Origin: an uncultured Burkholderiales bacterium | GTDB lineage: Bacteria > Pseudomonadota > Gammaproteobacteria > Burkholderiales > Burkholderiaceae_C | Length of the DNA: 64,000 bases | Reading direction: 5' to 3' | NCBI GenBank assembly: GCA_903838355.1 | Contig: CAILYC010000001.1 | Location: forward strand, 64,904-128,903 | Part shown: piece by piece, positions 18,759 through 27,869 of the stretch | How positions within the stretch are numbered: position 1 is the stretch's first letter | Layout: each line of letters opens with the position of its first letter | Translations under genes and position numbers: made by a program | The notes under the pieces: model-generated | The model's database searches: none | What the model was told of the DNA's origin: nothing | What the model saw: only the letters and a program-made list of their open reading frames with translations

Positions 18759-20236
18759 GAAGGGCTCACTTCCATGTCAAGAGGCTGGATGAATTTCAAA
18801 ACCAAATTTCTGGCGAGCAACGCGCGATAAGCCCACGTGGCCCTCAGTCCATCGCGCGCAGTGAAACTCTCGGTAATGGCCTGATCGAGGTCGCTTGCCA
18901 ACACCTCGCTGGCGAGTTTGCCCTCAAGAACTTTCTCAATCTTAGGTGCTCGGGCAGGATAAGGCGTGAGCCCGTTGTAGGCCAAACGCACATGGGTCAA
19001 TTTCCCCTCTTTGAGGGTGTAACACATGGCAGCGCAAGTCGCCGAGATATCTTGCTCAAAGCGTTTACTGACCTTGTGCGCCACAAAATGCTCATGGGCC
19101 TTCAATCGGGGGATTTGGATAAACTCGATGAACTCGCCATCTTGCATGACATTTTTCTTCATCCCCGTGTAAAAATTCTCGAGCGCGATCACCCGAGACT
19201 TGTCGCCACGCCTGAGTCCGACTTGAGCGCCCAAGGCCATCAAACACGGCATGCTGTCGCCAATGGGCGAACCATTGGCAATATTGCCGGCCAAGGTGGC
19301 GGTGTAGCGAATCGGAGGCGAGCCAAATCTTCTCAGGACCTCGGCAAAGTCAGGCAACTCTTGAGCGCACAAATTCATCACCTCTTGCAATCCAACGCCT
19401 GCGCCCACTTGCCAATGGGTGGGGTGCGTTTGCACCTTGTGGAACTCCTTCACGTGCCCAATATAGACAATGTGATCGGGCCTCACGAACTCTTTGTTGA
19501 CCTGAAGGCCGATCTCAGAACTTCCCGCCACCAAGGTGGCCTGGGGATGTTGGAGCATGTAGTGCGCGAGTTCTGCCAAGGTGCCGGGTGAGACAAATTC
19601 ATTGCCCTTTCGAGTTCTCACCACCGGCTGCACAATGAACTCTCCGTCCAAGCTCAAGGTGGGCTGATCGCTTCTTTTGATTTGTTTTAAGAGCTGGAGA
19701 TCGTGGGGGTCTTGAATGCTGAGCGAGACCGAACTGTCACAGGCTTTTTGTGCAGCTTCGATGATGGACTTGTAGCCCGTGCATCGGCATAAATTGCCAC
19801 TCAAAGCGTCGGAAATGTCTTGTCTGGATGGCTTGGGTGTGACTTGGGCCATGTGCACCAAGCTCATCACGATGCCGGGCGTGCAAAAACCACACTGTGA
19901 GGCATGGCAGTTCACCATGGCCTCTTGAATGGGGTGCTGGGAAATGCCTCGAGCAGACAAACTCTCCACGGTTTTCAAGGACTTGCCATCCAAGGTGGGA
20001 AGCAGCTGCAAACACGAGTTGACAGGAACGTAATCAATGGCCGAGGCGTCCCCATTGAGTTCTCCAACCAACACCACACACGCACCGCAATCCCCCTCGG
20101 CACAGCCCTCTTTGGTACCAGTTCGACGCAACTCTTCGCGCAAATAATTGAGCACTGTGGTGGTGCGCCGCTCGCCTTTGACCTCCACAATTTGGCCATC
20201 AAGGGCAAAACGAACGGTGTTGGTAACTTCTGTCAT
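18755..20236 (-). CDS. xdhA: Xanthine dehydrogenase small subunit (2x[2Fe-2S] and FAD)
   Basis: GCAEGDCGAC, QCGFCTPG, GNLCRCTGY, GSPIGD. Confidence 0.95.
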   Translation of the reverse strand: MTEVTNTVRFALDGQIVEVKGERRTTTVLNYLREELRRTGTKEGCAEGDCGACVVLVGELNGDASAIDYVPVNSCLQLLPTLDGKSLKTVESLSARGISQHPIQEAMVNCHASQCGFCTPGIVMSLVHMAQVTPKPSRQDISDALSGNLCRCTGYKSIIEAAQKACDSSVSLSIQDPHDLQLLKQIKRSDQPTLSLDGEFIVQPVVRTRKGNEFVSPGTLAELAHYMLQHPQATLVAGSSEIGLQVNKEFVRPDHIVYIGHVKEFHKVQTHPTHWQVGAGVGLQEVMNLCAQELPDFAEVLRRFGSPPIRYTATLAGNIANGSPIGDSMPCLMALGAQVGLRRGDKSRVIALENFYTGMKKNVMQDGEFIEFIQIPRLKAHEHFVAHKVSKRFEQDISATCAAMCYTLKEGKLTHVRLAYNGLTPYPARAPKIEKVLEGKLASEVLASDLDQAITESFTARDGLRATWAYRALLARNLVLKFIQPLDMEVSPS

Positions 20237-20337
20237 GTTTGGCTTTTCAACAGTGAATAATAATTTCAAGGCCTTGCGAGTCCAATGCATTGAACAAAGG
20301 GCTCATGAGGGCCAAAATTTCACAAAGCGGTCTCCCG

Positions 20338-20688
20338 TCAAGATCCTCTGTACGTGGAGTAACTCCATGGACTGATCAACAAGGGAACATGATAATGCTG
20401 TTTGGCGCTGGAAACGCCGAAATCCAAGATAACCGCATCCAAAAATAAGGGCTCTGCCAAATCCCTGCCAAGCGCACGAAAGTAGTCACCCGCTGAAAAG
20501 CTCAAGCGGTAGCATCCAACTTCGAGCGCCTCGGTGCTCAGCAAAGGGCCATCGGTTCGTCCGTCGGCATTCAACACCCAGTGGCCGAGGGTCTGGACAT
20601 GGTCAGGCCAAATGCGAGACAAGCTCACCTTCATGCCCGATGCGGGCACGCCGCGCATGGTATCCAACGCATGTGTACTCAGTCCCAT
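20338..20688 (-). CDS. uraH: 5-hydroxyisourate hydrolase
   Basis: LSTHALD, DGR, HYHVPLL, C-terminal YRGS. Confidence 0.95.
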   Translation of the reverse strand: MGLSTHALDTMRGVPASGMKVSLSRIWPDHVQTLGHWVLNADGRTDGPLLSTEALEVGCYRLSFSAGDYFRALGRDLAEPLFLDAVILDFGVSSAKQHYHVPLLISPWSYSTYRGS

Positions 20689-20800
20689 AGCCTTTGTCTT
20701 TCTTTCACGCAATGAACTCAAAAATTCTCACCCAAGATCAGTCTCAATTCTAGTGCCAGAAAACACCAACAAGCGCAAGAAAACACAAAGCCTCATCATC

Positions 20801-20816
20801 TGGCACGGTGCGTGCT
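20801..20816 (+). promoter_or_regulatory. Sigma54 -24/-12 promoter upstream of puuE
   Basis: TGGCACGGTGCGTGCT (GG-N10-GC). Confidence 0.6.
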
Positions 20817-20998
20817 TTACTAAATCATCATTTGAGCTAGACTCGTGGGTGTGAGCCCCATGGGCCAGCTTGTCAGGTGATTTTGAACAATGGTCAAGGT
20901 CTGATCGTGCACGCCACAAGATCGATCTTTATTGGCCAAGCCCATTCTCAAACCACTACAGCCCAGATCACCACGACCCCTTGAGCGCGAGCATTTTC

Positions 20999-21940
20999 AT
21001 GAACAACTACGATAGCACCCAAGCTTATCCAAGAGACCTGATCGGATACGGCAACACGCCGCCTGAAGTGACCTGGCCAACCCGCGCCAGAGTCGCCGTG
21101 CAATTTGTTTTGAACTACGAAGAAGGCGGCGAGAACAGTGTGCTGCATGGTGACCCAGGCTCAGAGCAATTCCTCTCCGAGATGTTCAATCCCGCCAGTT
21201 ACCCTGCGCGCCACTTGAGCATGGAGAGTATTTACGAGTACGGCTCTCGGGTTGGGGTTTGGAGAATCCTGCGCGAGTTTGAAACCCGGAGCTTGCCCTT
21301 GACTGTTTTTGGCGTGGGCATGGCGCTTGAGCGTCACCCCGAACTTGTGCATGCCCTTCAGGAGCAGCAGCATGAAATTGCATGCCACTCCTGGCGCTGG
21401 GTTCATTACCAAGACATGGAAGAAAACCTGGAGAGAGAACATATTCAAAAGGGCTTTAACAGCATCCAAGCCTTGACACAAAAAAGCACCTTGGGTTGGT
21501 ACACGGGACGAGACAGCCCCAACACCCGGCGCCTTTTGGTGGACCATGGCGGCATCGACTACGATAGCGATTACTATGGAGACGACTTGCCGTTTTGGAT
21601 GCAAGTCAAAAACTCCCGCCAAGAGATCATTCCGCATTTGATCGTGCCCTACACCTTGGACTGCAACGACATGCGCTTTGCCCTCCCCCAAGGGTTTTCT
21701 CAGGCCGAAGACTTCTTCATTTACCTCAGAGACAGTTTTGATGCTCTGTACGCAGAAGGCCAAGACAGCCCCAAGATGATGAGCGTGGGCATGCACTGCA
21801 GGCTGCTCGGTCGGCCTGGGCGAATCGTGGCGCTTCAAAAGTTTTTGGATCATATTGCCAAATACGACCGAGTTTGGGTTTGTAAGCGCACTGATATTGC
21901 AAACCACTGGCGAACCCACCACCCCTTCCATGGCGCTTAA
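20999..21940 (+). CDS. puuE: Allantoinase PuuE (polysaccharide deacetylase fold)
   Basis: YPRDLIGYG, LNYEEGGE, ESIYEYGSR, GWYTGR, GMHCRLLGRPGR. Confidence 0.95.
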   Translation: MNNYDSTQAYPRDLIGYGNTPPEVTWPTRARVAVQFVLNYEEGGENSVLHGDPGSEQFLSEMFNPASYPARHLSMESIYEYGSRVGVWRILREFETRSLPLTVFGVGMALERHPELVHALQEQQHEIACHSWRWVHYQDMEENLEREHIQKGFNSIQALTQKSTLGWYTGRDSPNTRRLLVDHGGIDYDSDYYGDDLPFWMQVKNSRQEIIPHLIVPYTLDCNDMRFALPQGFSQAEDFFIYLRDSFDALYAEGQDSPKMMSVGMHCRLLGRPGRIVALQKFLDHIAKYDRVWVCKRTDIANHWRTHHPFHGA

Positions 21941-23798
21941 ATTCGCCCACAGTTATCAAACCATTGAGACCATGCAAAAAACCACCCCGGCTTTGCTGAC
22001 ACTGCAAGACATCAACACATTGCCTGTGCAAGAAGTTACTTCTTTACTGGAGGGACTTTACGAGCACTCCGATTGGATCGTCAAAGAAACCTTGGCTCGC
22101 CGACCCTTCATGAGCGTGCCTGATTTTCAGTGGCAATTGACCCAAACGCTGAGTGCATCCGCACAAACCGCTCAACTGCAATTGATCCGTGCCCACCCTG
22201 AGCTCACGGGCAAAGCGGCCATCCACAAAGTGCATTTGACGCATGAGTCTCAACTCGAGCAGTCCATGGCGGGCTTGGCGTTTTGCAGTCCTGAGGAGTA
22301 TCAAGAATTGCATGAGCTCAACACGGCTTATTCGCAAAAATTTGGCTTCCCCTTTATCTTGGCCGTGCGTGGCCCCAGAGCTTTGGGCTTGGGGCGTCAA
22401 GAGATCATTTTGACGCTCAAGCGACGCTTGCGCAACACGACCCTTTACGAACAACAAGAAGCGATTCGAAACATACACCGCATTGCTGAATTGAGACTCC
22501 ACGAGAAACTCGCGATTTCAAGCCCTGAAGGCAACATGGTGTGGGACTGGCATGAAAAACTCGCTCGGCACAGTGAGGATCAAGAACTCGACTTGCACAC
22601 CCAAACGCAAAAACTCACGGTCACCTATTTGAGTGCGGCTCACCAATCGGTGGCCAAAGATCTTCAGGCCTTGATGCTCACCAGCGGCTTTGACGAAGTC
22701 TTGATTGACGCAGTGGGCAACGTCGTGGGCAAGTACCTCCCCAAGGCGCAAACCGCGGCTGACCCAGCACTGACGGTGATGATGGGTTCACACTATGACA
22801 CCGTTCGAAATGGTGGTAAATACGATGGCCGCTTGGGAATTTTGACAGCCATCGCATGCGTGCACATGCTGCACAAACAAAAGAAACGCTTGAGCGTGGG
22901 TCTTGAAGTGGTGGCTTTTTCCGAAGAAGAGGGCCAACGCTTTGCCGCCACCTTTTTATCCTCAAGTGCTTTGTGTGGACAGTTCGAGCCCGGCTGGCTC
23001 GACCAAGTTGATGCACAAGGCGTTGCGATGCACAAAGCCATGAAAGATGCGGGCCTTGACGCCCAACAAATTCCCCTCCTCACTCGCGACGCCAGCCACT
23101 ACTTGGGCTACTTGGAAGTTCACATTGAACAAGGGCCGGTGTTGTGCCATCAACACTTGCCGCTGGGCATCGTGAGCTCCATCAACGGCTCCGTGCGCTA
23201 CAAAGGCCAAATCATGGGACGAGCCTCGCATGCAGGCACCACACCAATGCACGATCGACAAGACGCCGTGTGCGCAGCCGCCGAGATTGCACTCTCGATG
23301 GAGCGTTTTGCCAAAGAAATGCCTACCACTGTGGCCACCATGGGCATGTTCGATGTCCCAAAAGGCTCCATCAATGTGGTGCCTGGAGTGGTTCATTTCA
23401 GCATGGACATGCGTGCACCCAGTGACGACTTGCGAGACGCATTGGCACAATGTGTTTTGGCCGATTCCAAACGCATTTGCCTGGAACGCGGTGTCAGTTT
23501 GGAGCTCACCCAGACCTTAAAAATCAGTGCCGCACCCAGCAACAAAATTCTCAAAGATTGTTGGCACAAAGCACTGCAAGAATTGGGTTTGCCTCAGCTA
23601 GAACTCCCCAGTGGTGCCGGCCACGATGCCATGAAAATACACGACATCATGCCCCAAGCCATGCTCTTTGTCAGAGGCCTCAATTCCGGCATCAGCCACA
23701 ACCCCCTTGAGAGCACCACCGCCCAGGATATGCAACTTTGCATTGACGCGTTGATGCACGCCTTGAACCACTTAGAAGACGCAAAACCTTTGGGCTAA
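21930..23798 (+). CDS. uraD: Bifunctional OHCU decarboxylase / allantoate amidohydrolase (M20)
   Basis: N-domain LYEHS, AHPEL, KFGFPFILAV. C-domain GSHYDTV..GGKYDG, EEEG, EVHIEQGP, HAGTTPM, SGAGHDA. Alternative start 21972. Confidence 0.9.
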   Translation: MALKFAHSYQTIETMQKTTPALLTLQDINTLPVQEVTSLLEGLYEHSDWIVKETLARRPFMSVPDFQWQLTQTLSASAQTAQLQLIRAHPELTGKAAIHKVHLTHESQLEQSMAGLAFCSPEEYQELHELNTAYSQKFGFPFILAVRGPRALGLGRQEIILTLKRRLRNTTLYEQQEAIRNIHRIAELRLHEKLAISSPEGNMVWDWHEKLARHSEDQELDLHTQTQKLTVTYLSAAHQSVAKDLQALMLTSGFDEVLIDAVGNVVGKYLPKAQTAADPALTVMMGSHYDTVRNGGKYDGRLGILTAIACVHMLHKQKKRLSVGLEVVAFSEEEGQRFAATFLSSSALCGQFEPGWLDQVDAQGVAMHKAMKDAGLDAQQIPLLTRDASHYLGYLEVHIEQGPVLCHQHLPLGIVSSINGSVRYKGQIMGRASHAGTTPMHDRQDAVCAAAEIALSMERFAKEMPTTVATMGMFDVPKGSINVVPGVVHFSMDMRAPSDDLRDALAQCVLADSKRICLERGVSLELTQTLKISAAPSNKILKDCWHKALQELGLPQLELPSGAGHDAMKIHDIMPQAMLFVRGLNSGISHNPLESTTAQDMQLCIDALMHALNHLEDAKPLG

Positions 23799-23898
23799 AG
23801 CCACCCACTCAGGCCCTTACCAACCGAGTGGTCAAGAAAATATTGAGCGTTTTTTCATCCTTTTAAGCTTTACTTTCACCAGATCCTGAGCAAAACCA

Positions 23899-24071
23899 CA
23901 CCCCAAAATGGTGCATCAAAAGCCAAACTCCACATTCTGTGCCGAGTGCAACAAAAAAACTGTTTCTCCACAGGATTTGACTCTGCAAAAATGTTTCACA
24001 AGCGCATTCAAGCTGCACCATTGTTGAGCATTTATTGTCTACAATGCCTATTTACAGGCATCGATATTGCT
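23899..24071 (+). promoter_or_regulatory. Sigma54 promoter with NtrC-like and GntR-like sites
   Basis: AGGCATCGATATTGCT at 24056-24071. NtrC-like CACCCCAAAATGGTGCA (23899) and TGCACCATTGTTGAGCA (24014). Near-palindrome ATTGTCTACAAT (24034-24045). Confidence 0.6.
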
Positions 24072-24101
24072 TCAACATTATTTTTCAAACGGGAGATCAA
24101 G

Positions 24102-25136
24102 ATGATCACAGGAACGCTTAACAAAATCAAAAATGGCCTTGTCTTGGGCTTGAGCTTGAGTGGCGCCATGGCCATGGCACAAAACACGCCGTTGAAATTT
24201 CAACTCGATTGGCGATTTGAAGGCCCGGCAGCCATGTTCTTGGTGCCCGAAACCAAGGGCTATTACAAAGCCGAAAAGTTGGATGTGACCGTGGATGCTG
24301 GAAACGGCTCTGGCGGCACAGTCACCCGTGTTGCGTCGGGTTCGTATGACATGGGTTTTGCTGACTTGGCCTCTTTGATGGAGTTTGCGGCCAACAACCC
24401 CGATGCACCCAACAAACCCGTGGCCATCATGATGGTTTACAACAATACCCCCGCTTCAGTCATGGCCCTCAAGAAGTCTGGAATCCTAACCCCCGCCGAC
24501 TTGAATGGCAAGAAACTTGGCGCCCCAGTCTTTGATGCCGGAAGACGCGCCTTCCCCATCTTTGCCAAAACCAACAACATCTCCAACGTGACTTGGACTG
24601 CGATGGACCCCACCTTGCGTGAGACCATGCTGGTGAGGGGGGACTTGGATGCCATCACCGGCTTTACCTTCACCTCCTTGCTCAACATTGAAGCGCGAGG
24701 CGTCAAAGCAAGCGATGTGGTGGTCCTGCAATACCCTGACTACGGCGTGAAGATGTATGGAAACGCCGTCATTGCTTCCCCCAAGATCTTGAAAGAAAAC
24801 CCTGCTGCTGTCCGTGCATTTTTAAGAGCCTTTAGCAAAGGTATGAAAGACGTGTTGGCCGACCCCGCGCAGGCAATACAAAGTGTGAAAGCTCGCGACG
24901 GCATCATTGATGTTGACTTGGAAATTAGACGCCTCAAGTTGTGTCTCGACACGGTGGTCAATAGCCCCGACGCACGCAGCGAAGGCTTTGGTCAAGTCAA
25001 TGCGCCACGCTTGGCATTGATGGCCAGCCAAGTCTCCGATGCGTTCAACACCAAAACCCGTGTCAACGCCGACACTTTGTGGACCGCCTCCTATTTGCCA
25101 AGCGCGAAAGAGCTTAATATTTTGCCCAAAAAGTAA
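24102..25136 (+). CDS. ABC substrate-binding protein, NMT1/THI5-like
   Basis: Signal peptide ending AMA; LDWRFEGP, GNGSG, YGNAVI. GGAG RBS before ATG 24102. Confidence 0.88.
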   Translation: MITGTLNKIKNGLVLGLSLSGAMAMAQNTPLKFQLDWRFEGPAAMFLVPETKGYYKAEKLDVTVDAGNGSGGTVTRVASGSYDMGFADLASLMEFAANNPDAPNKPVAIMMVYNNTPASVMALKKSGILTPADLNGKKLGAPVFDAGRRAFPIFAKTNNISNVTWTAMDPTLRETMLVRGDLDAITGFTFTSLLNIEARGVKASDVVVLQYPDYGVKMYGNAVIASPKILKENPAAVRAFLRAFSKGMKDVLADPAQAIQSVKARDGIIDVDLEIRRLKLCLDTVVNSPDARSEGFGQVNAPRLALMASQVSDAFNTKTRVNADTLWTASYLPSAKELNILPKK

Positions 25137-25984
25137 TGATGTCTTCAAAGCCCTTTGTTGAGTTCAACAGTGTCTGGTTGGCCTACAACGATGAGTTGTT
25201 GGCCAAACAACAATTTGCCGTTGAAGACATCAATTTAGAAATACAAAGCGGCGAATTCATCGCCATTGTGGGGCCATCTGGGTGCGGAAAATCAACCTTC
25301 ATGAAACTCACCACGGGGCTCAGGCGCCCCACCCGCGGCCTCATCAAGGTCGATGGTGAAGAGGTTACCGGACCGCTCAAAATCAGTGGCATGGCATTCC
25401 AAGCCCCATCCTTGCTGCCGTGGCGCACCACCTTGGACAATGTTTTATTGCCATTGGAAATTGTCGAGCCCCATCGCTCCCAATTCAAGGCCAAAAAAGC
25501 CGAGTATGAACACCGCGCGGTTGAGCTCTTAAAGAGAGTGGGTTTGGGTGGCTATGAGCGCCAATTTCCCTGGCAACTCTCTGGGGGCATGCAGCAACGA
25601 GCAAGCATTTGCCGCGCCTTGATCCATGAGCCCAAAATGCTACTCTTGGATGAACCTTTTGGCGCCTTGGATGCCTTTACCCGAGAAGAGTTGTGGTGCA
25701 TTCTGCGCGACTTGTGGACGGAGCAGAAGTTCAATGTCATTTTGGTCACCCATGACCTGCGTGAATCGGTATTTCTGGCCGACACCGTTTACGTGATGTC
25801 CAAGAGCCCAGGTCGCTTCATCGTCAAACGCGACATTGACCTGCCAAGACCGCGGGACTTGGAACTCACCTACACCAGTGGCTTTGCCGATGTGGTGCAC
25901 GAGCTCAGAGGTCACATTGGCGCCCTGCGTGGCAGCCAAAGTGGCACCCCAACCCAGGGCACTGGCACTCCCACCGCGACTTGA
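25136..25984 (+). CDS. ABC ATP-binding protein (TauB/SsuB type)
   Basis: GPSGCGKST, LSGGMQQR, DEPFGALD. Confidence 0.93.
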   Translation: MMSSKPFVEFNSVWLAYNDELLAKQQFAVEDINLEIQSGEFIAIVGPSGCGKSTFMKLTTGLRRPTRGLIKVDGEEVTGPLKISGMAFQAPSLLPWRTTLDNVLLPLEIVEPHRSQFKAKKAEYEHRAVELLKRVGLGGYERQFPWQLSGGMQQRASICRALIHEPKMLLLDEPFGALDAFTREELWCILRDLWTEQKFNVILVTHDLRESVFLADTVYVMSKSPGRFIVKRDIDLPRPRDLELTYTSGFADVVHELRGHIGALRGSQSGTPTQGTGTPTAT

Positions 25985-26026
25985 TGCACTTCGTCCCTCT
26001 CATTTGCCCTAACCCAAGACACCCAT

Positions 26027-26797
26027 ATGAAATGGTCTAAAAAGCTTGAAGCCAGCTCCCCTTGGATTTTGCTGATCTTCACCTTGCTCTTGTGGCAAGC
26101 CGTCTGCACTGTGTTTTCGGTCTCGGATTTTATTTTTCCCAGTCCCACCAAAATCGCGCAAGAGCTCATGCAATACAGCGCCATCATTGGCGCGCACGCT
26201 TGGCGCACCTATTGGGTCACCATGGCGGGCTTTGGATTGGCCATTGTGGTCGGGGTTTTGTTGGGATTCTTGATTGGCAGCTCACGCTTGGCCTACACCG
26301 CGGTTTACCCATTGATGACAGCCTTCAATGCGCTGCCCAAGGCCGCCTTTGTGCCCATTTTGGTGGTCTGGTTCGGTATTGGCGTGGGGCCAGCCATTTT
26401 GACGGCCTTTTTGATCAGCTTTTTCCCCATTATGGTCAATATTGCCACCGGTTTGGCCACTTTGGAGCCTGAACTTGAGGACGTTCTGAGGGTGCTTGGC
26501 GCCAAACGCTGGGACGTCTTGATCAAAGTGGGCCTGCCGCGGTCTTTACCCTACTTTTACGGCTCCCTCAAAGTGGCGATCACGTTGGCCTTTGTGGGAA
26601 CCACAGTCTCGGAGATGACGGCCGCCAACGAAGGCATCGGGTATCTACTGATCTCTGCGGGATCCTCAATGCGCATGGGCTTGGCCTTTGCTGGCTTGGT
26701 GGTGGTGGGGGCCATGGCGATGATCATGTATGAACTCTTTAGCTATGTTGAAAAGCACACCACCGCTTGGGCTCACCAGGGCTCACAGAACCGATAA
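26027..26797 (+). CDS. ABC permease (TauC/SsuC type)
   Basis: FPSP, PKAAFVP, EAA-like loop LRVLGA..LPRSLP, SEM..GIGY. Confidence 0.9.
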   Translation: MKWSKKLEASSPWILLIFTLLLWQAVCTVFSVSDFIFPSPTKIAQELMQYSAIIGAHAWRTYWVTMAGFGLAIVVGVLLGFLIGSSRLAYTAVYPLMTAFNALPKAAFVPILVVWFGIGVGPAILTAFLISFFPIMVNIATGLATLEPELEDVLRVLGAKRWDVLIKVGLPRSLPYFYGSLKVAITLAFVGTTVSEMTAANEGIGYLLISAGSSMRMGLAFAGLVVVGAMAMIMYELFSYVEKHTTAWAHQGSQNR

Positions 26798-26830
26798 GCC
26801 GATAAGCCGATGAATCGATGAACGACTGAA
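26791..26830 (+). repeat. Degenerate 8-bp tandem repeat spanning the permease stop
   Basis: ccgataag ccgataag ccgatgaa tcgatgaa cgactgaa. Confidence 0.6.
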
Positions 26831-26883
26831 TGGACTGTTAAAAAAATTCGGATTCGGAAATCCCCTGGCATTAGGCTGTCATG

Positions 26884-26897
26884 TTGACCTCGATCAA
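26884..26897. promoter_or_regulatory. FNR/Dnr-type box
   Basis: TTGAC-CTCG-ATCAA versus TTGAT-N4-ATCAA (9/10). Confidence 0.55.
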
Positions 26898-27056
26898 CTC
26901 GACTAGAATGCCACTGTGCTTATGTGTATCGATTTGATGATTTGAATGCCTTCTTTTTTTGAGCAACCTTTAACTTGGGGTTGGCCAAAACAAATTTGGG
27001 CAAGCCAAGAAACAACACATCAACGCTTCATTCAACTCGACTATTTTGGAAGCCTT

Positions 27057-27857
27057 ATGGATAATCCCAGCGAGATCGTGACTCCAACCAAGGTCAAGAG
27101 CATGACCTTTTCTGACATCTTGTTCATTTGCTTCATGGTGTTTGTGGTCTTTGCCGTCGCTTACGTCGGTAGGCTGGCTTACTTAGAAGGCATGAAGACC
27201 GAAGGCTCTAAACAAAACGGCGAGGCCATAGCCGCTTGGCTCACCCAATCCTCGGCGGATCGATTTAAAGACAACTTCAACCCCACAGAGTGTGCGGGTG
27301 GTTTATTGCCACCCATCCCTGTGCTCACCCTCGCGCCTGAATCCGGAAAAACTGACCAGCCCAAAGATTCAGCCGCTAGCGAGCCATCTGCTTTAGCCTC
27401 TGCTGCTGAGGCGCCAGCAACCAGTGCCCCCCTCAAGCCTGAAGCGGTGGCTTCTAGCACCACAAGCCCAACCCAGAGTGCGGAAACGGTCATCGGCAAC
27501 GCCACCACTGCAGCGCAAGTCAGCAACGGCTCAGAGCCCGTGGCCGTGCAAAATGTGGCCCGAACGTGGAGCGAGTGCCTTAAGTATTTGACCAGCGACA
27601 AAGGCCCTTGGTCAAAAATGTCCAACCCCTTCAACGATGAGCCACTGACCTTCATCGACAAATGCGACCCCACCAACCATGAAATACCGGGCTTCATTGT
27701 GTTGGAGAGTATCAATCCAACGCCACCTGGCTCGGCCGTTCCGAGTTACACCAACCCACTGGCAAGCACGGATGCCATTGATAAAAAAATGCTGTTGCGA
27801 GTGACCATTTGCGACAAAGGGTCCTACCCCATTCCCATTGCTGACATCGAATTCTAA
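27057..27857 (+). CDS. Hypothetical single-pass membrane protein with pilin-like N-terminal helix, Ala/Ser/Pro/Thr linker and four Cys outside the TM helix
   Basis: KS-MTFSDILFICFMVFVVFAVAYVG TM segment. Ends 12 bp before the channel gene. ORF track start is 26946. Confidence 0.75.
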   Translation: MDNPSEIVTPTKVKSMTFSDILFICFMVFVVFAVAYVGRLAYLEGMKTEGSKQNGEAIAAWLTQSSADRFKDNFNPTECAGGLLPPIPVLTLAPESGKTDQPKDSAASEPSALASAAEAPATSAPLKPEAVASSTTSPTQSAETVIGNATTAAQVSNGSEPVAVQNVARTWSECLKYLTSDKGPWSKMSNPFNDEPLTFIDKCDPTNHEIPGFIVLESINPTPPGSAVPSYTNPLASTDAIDKKMLLRVTICDKGSYPIPIADIEF

Positions 27858-27869
27858 GGAACTGAGATC

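Noticed and set aside
20870-20998. N-terminal extensions in the ORF track (puuE; also rpsT, xdhA, the 23946 SBP, gntR, asd)
   Set aside because: These are upstream alternative starts. Family-typical N-termini or RBS positions favour the downstream ATGs.
23800-24100. Possible xanthine (NMT1 motif) riboswitch before the NMT1-like binding protein
   Set aside because: No match to the consensus as I recall it, and the predicted sigma54 leader is only about 20 nt.
26791-26838. Short repeats as a CRISPR remnant
   Set aside because: 8-bp units without spacers, and no cas genes.
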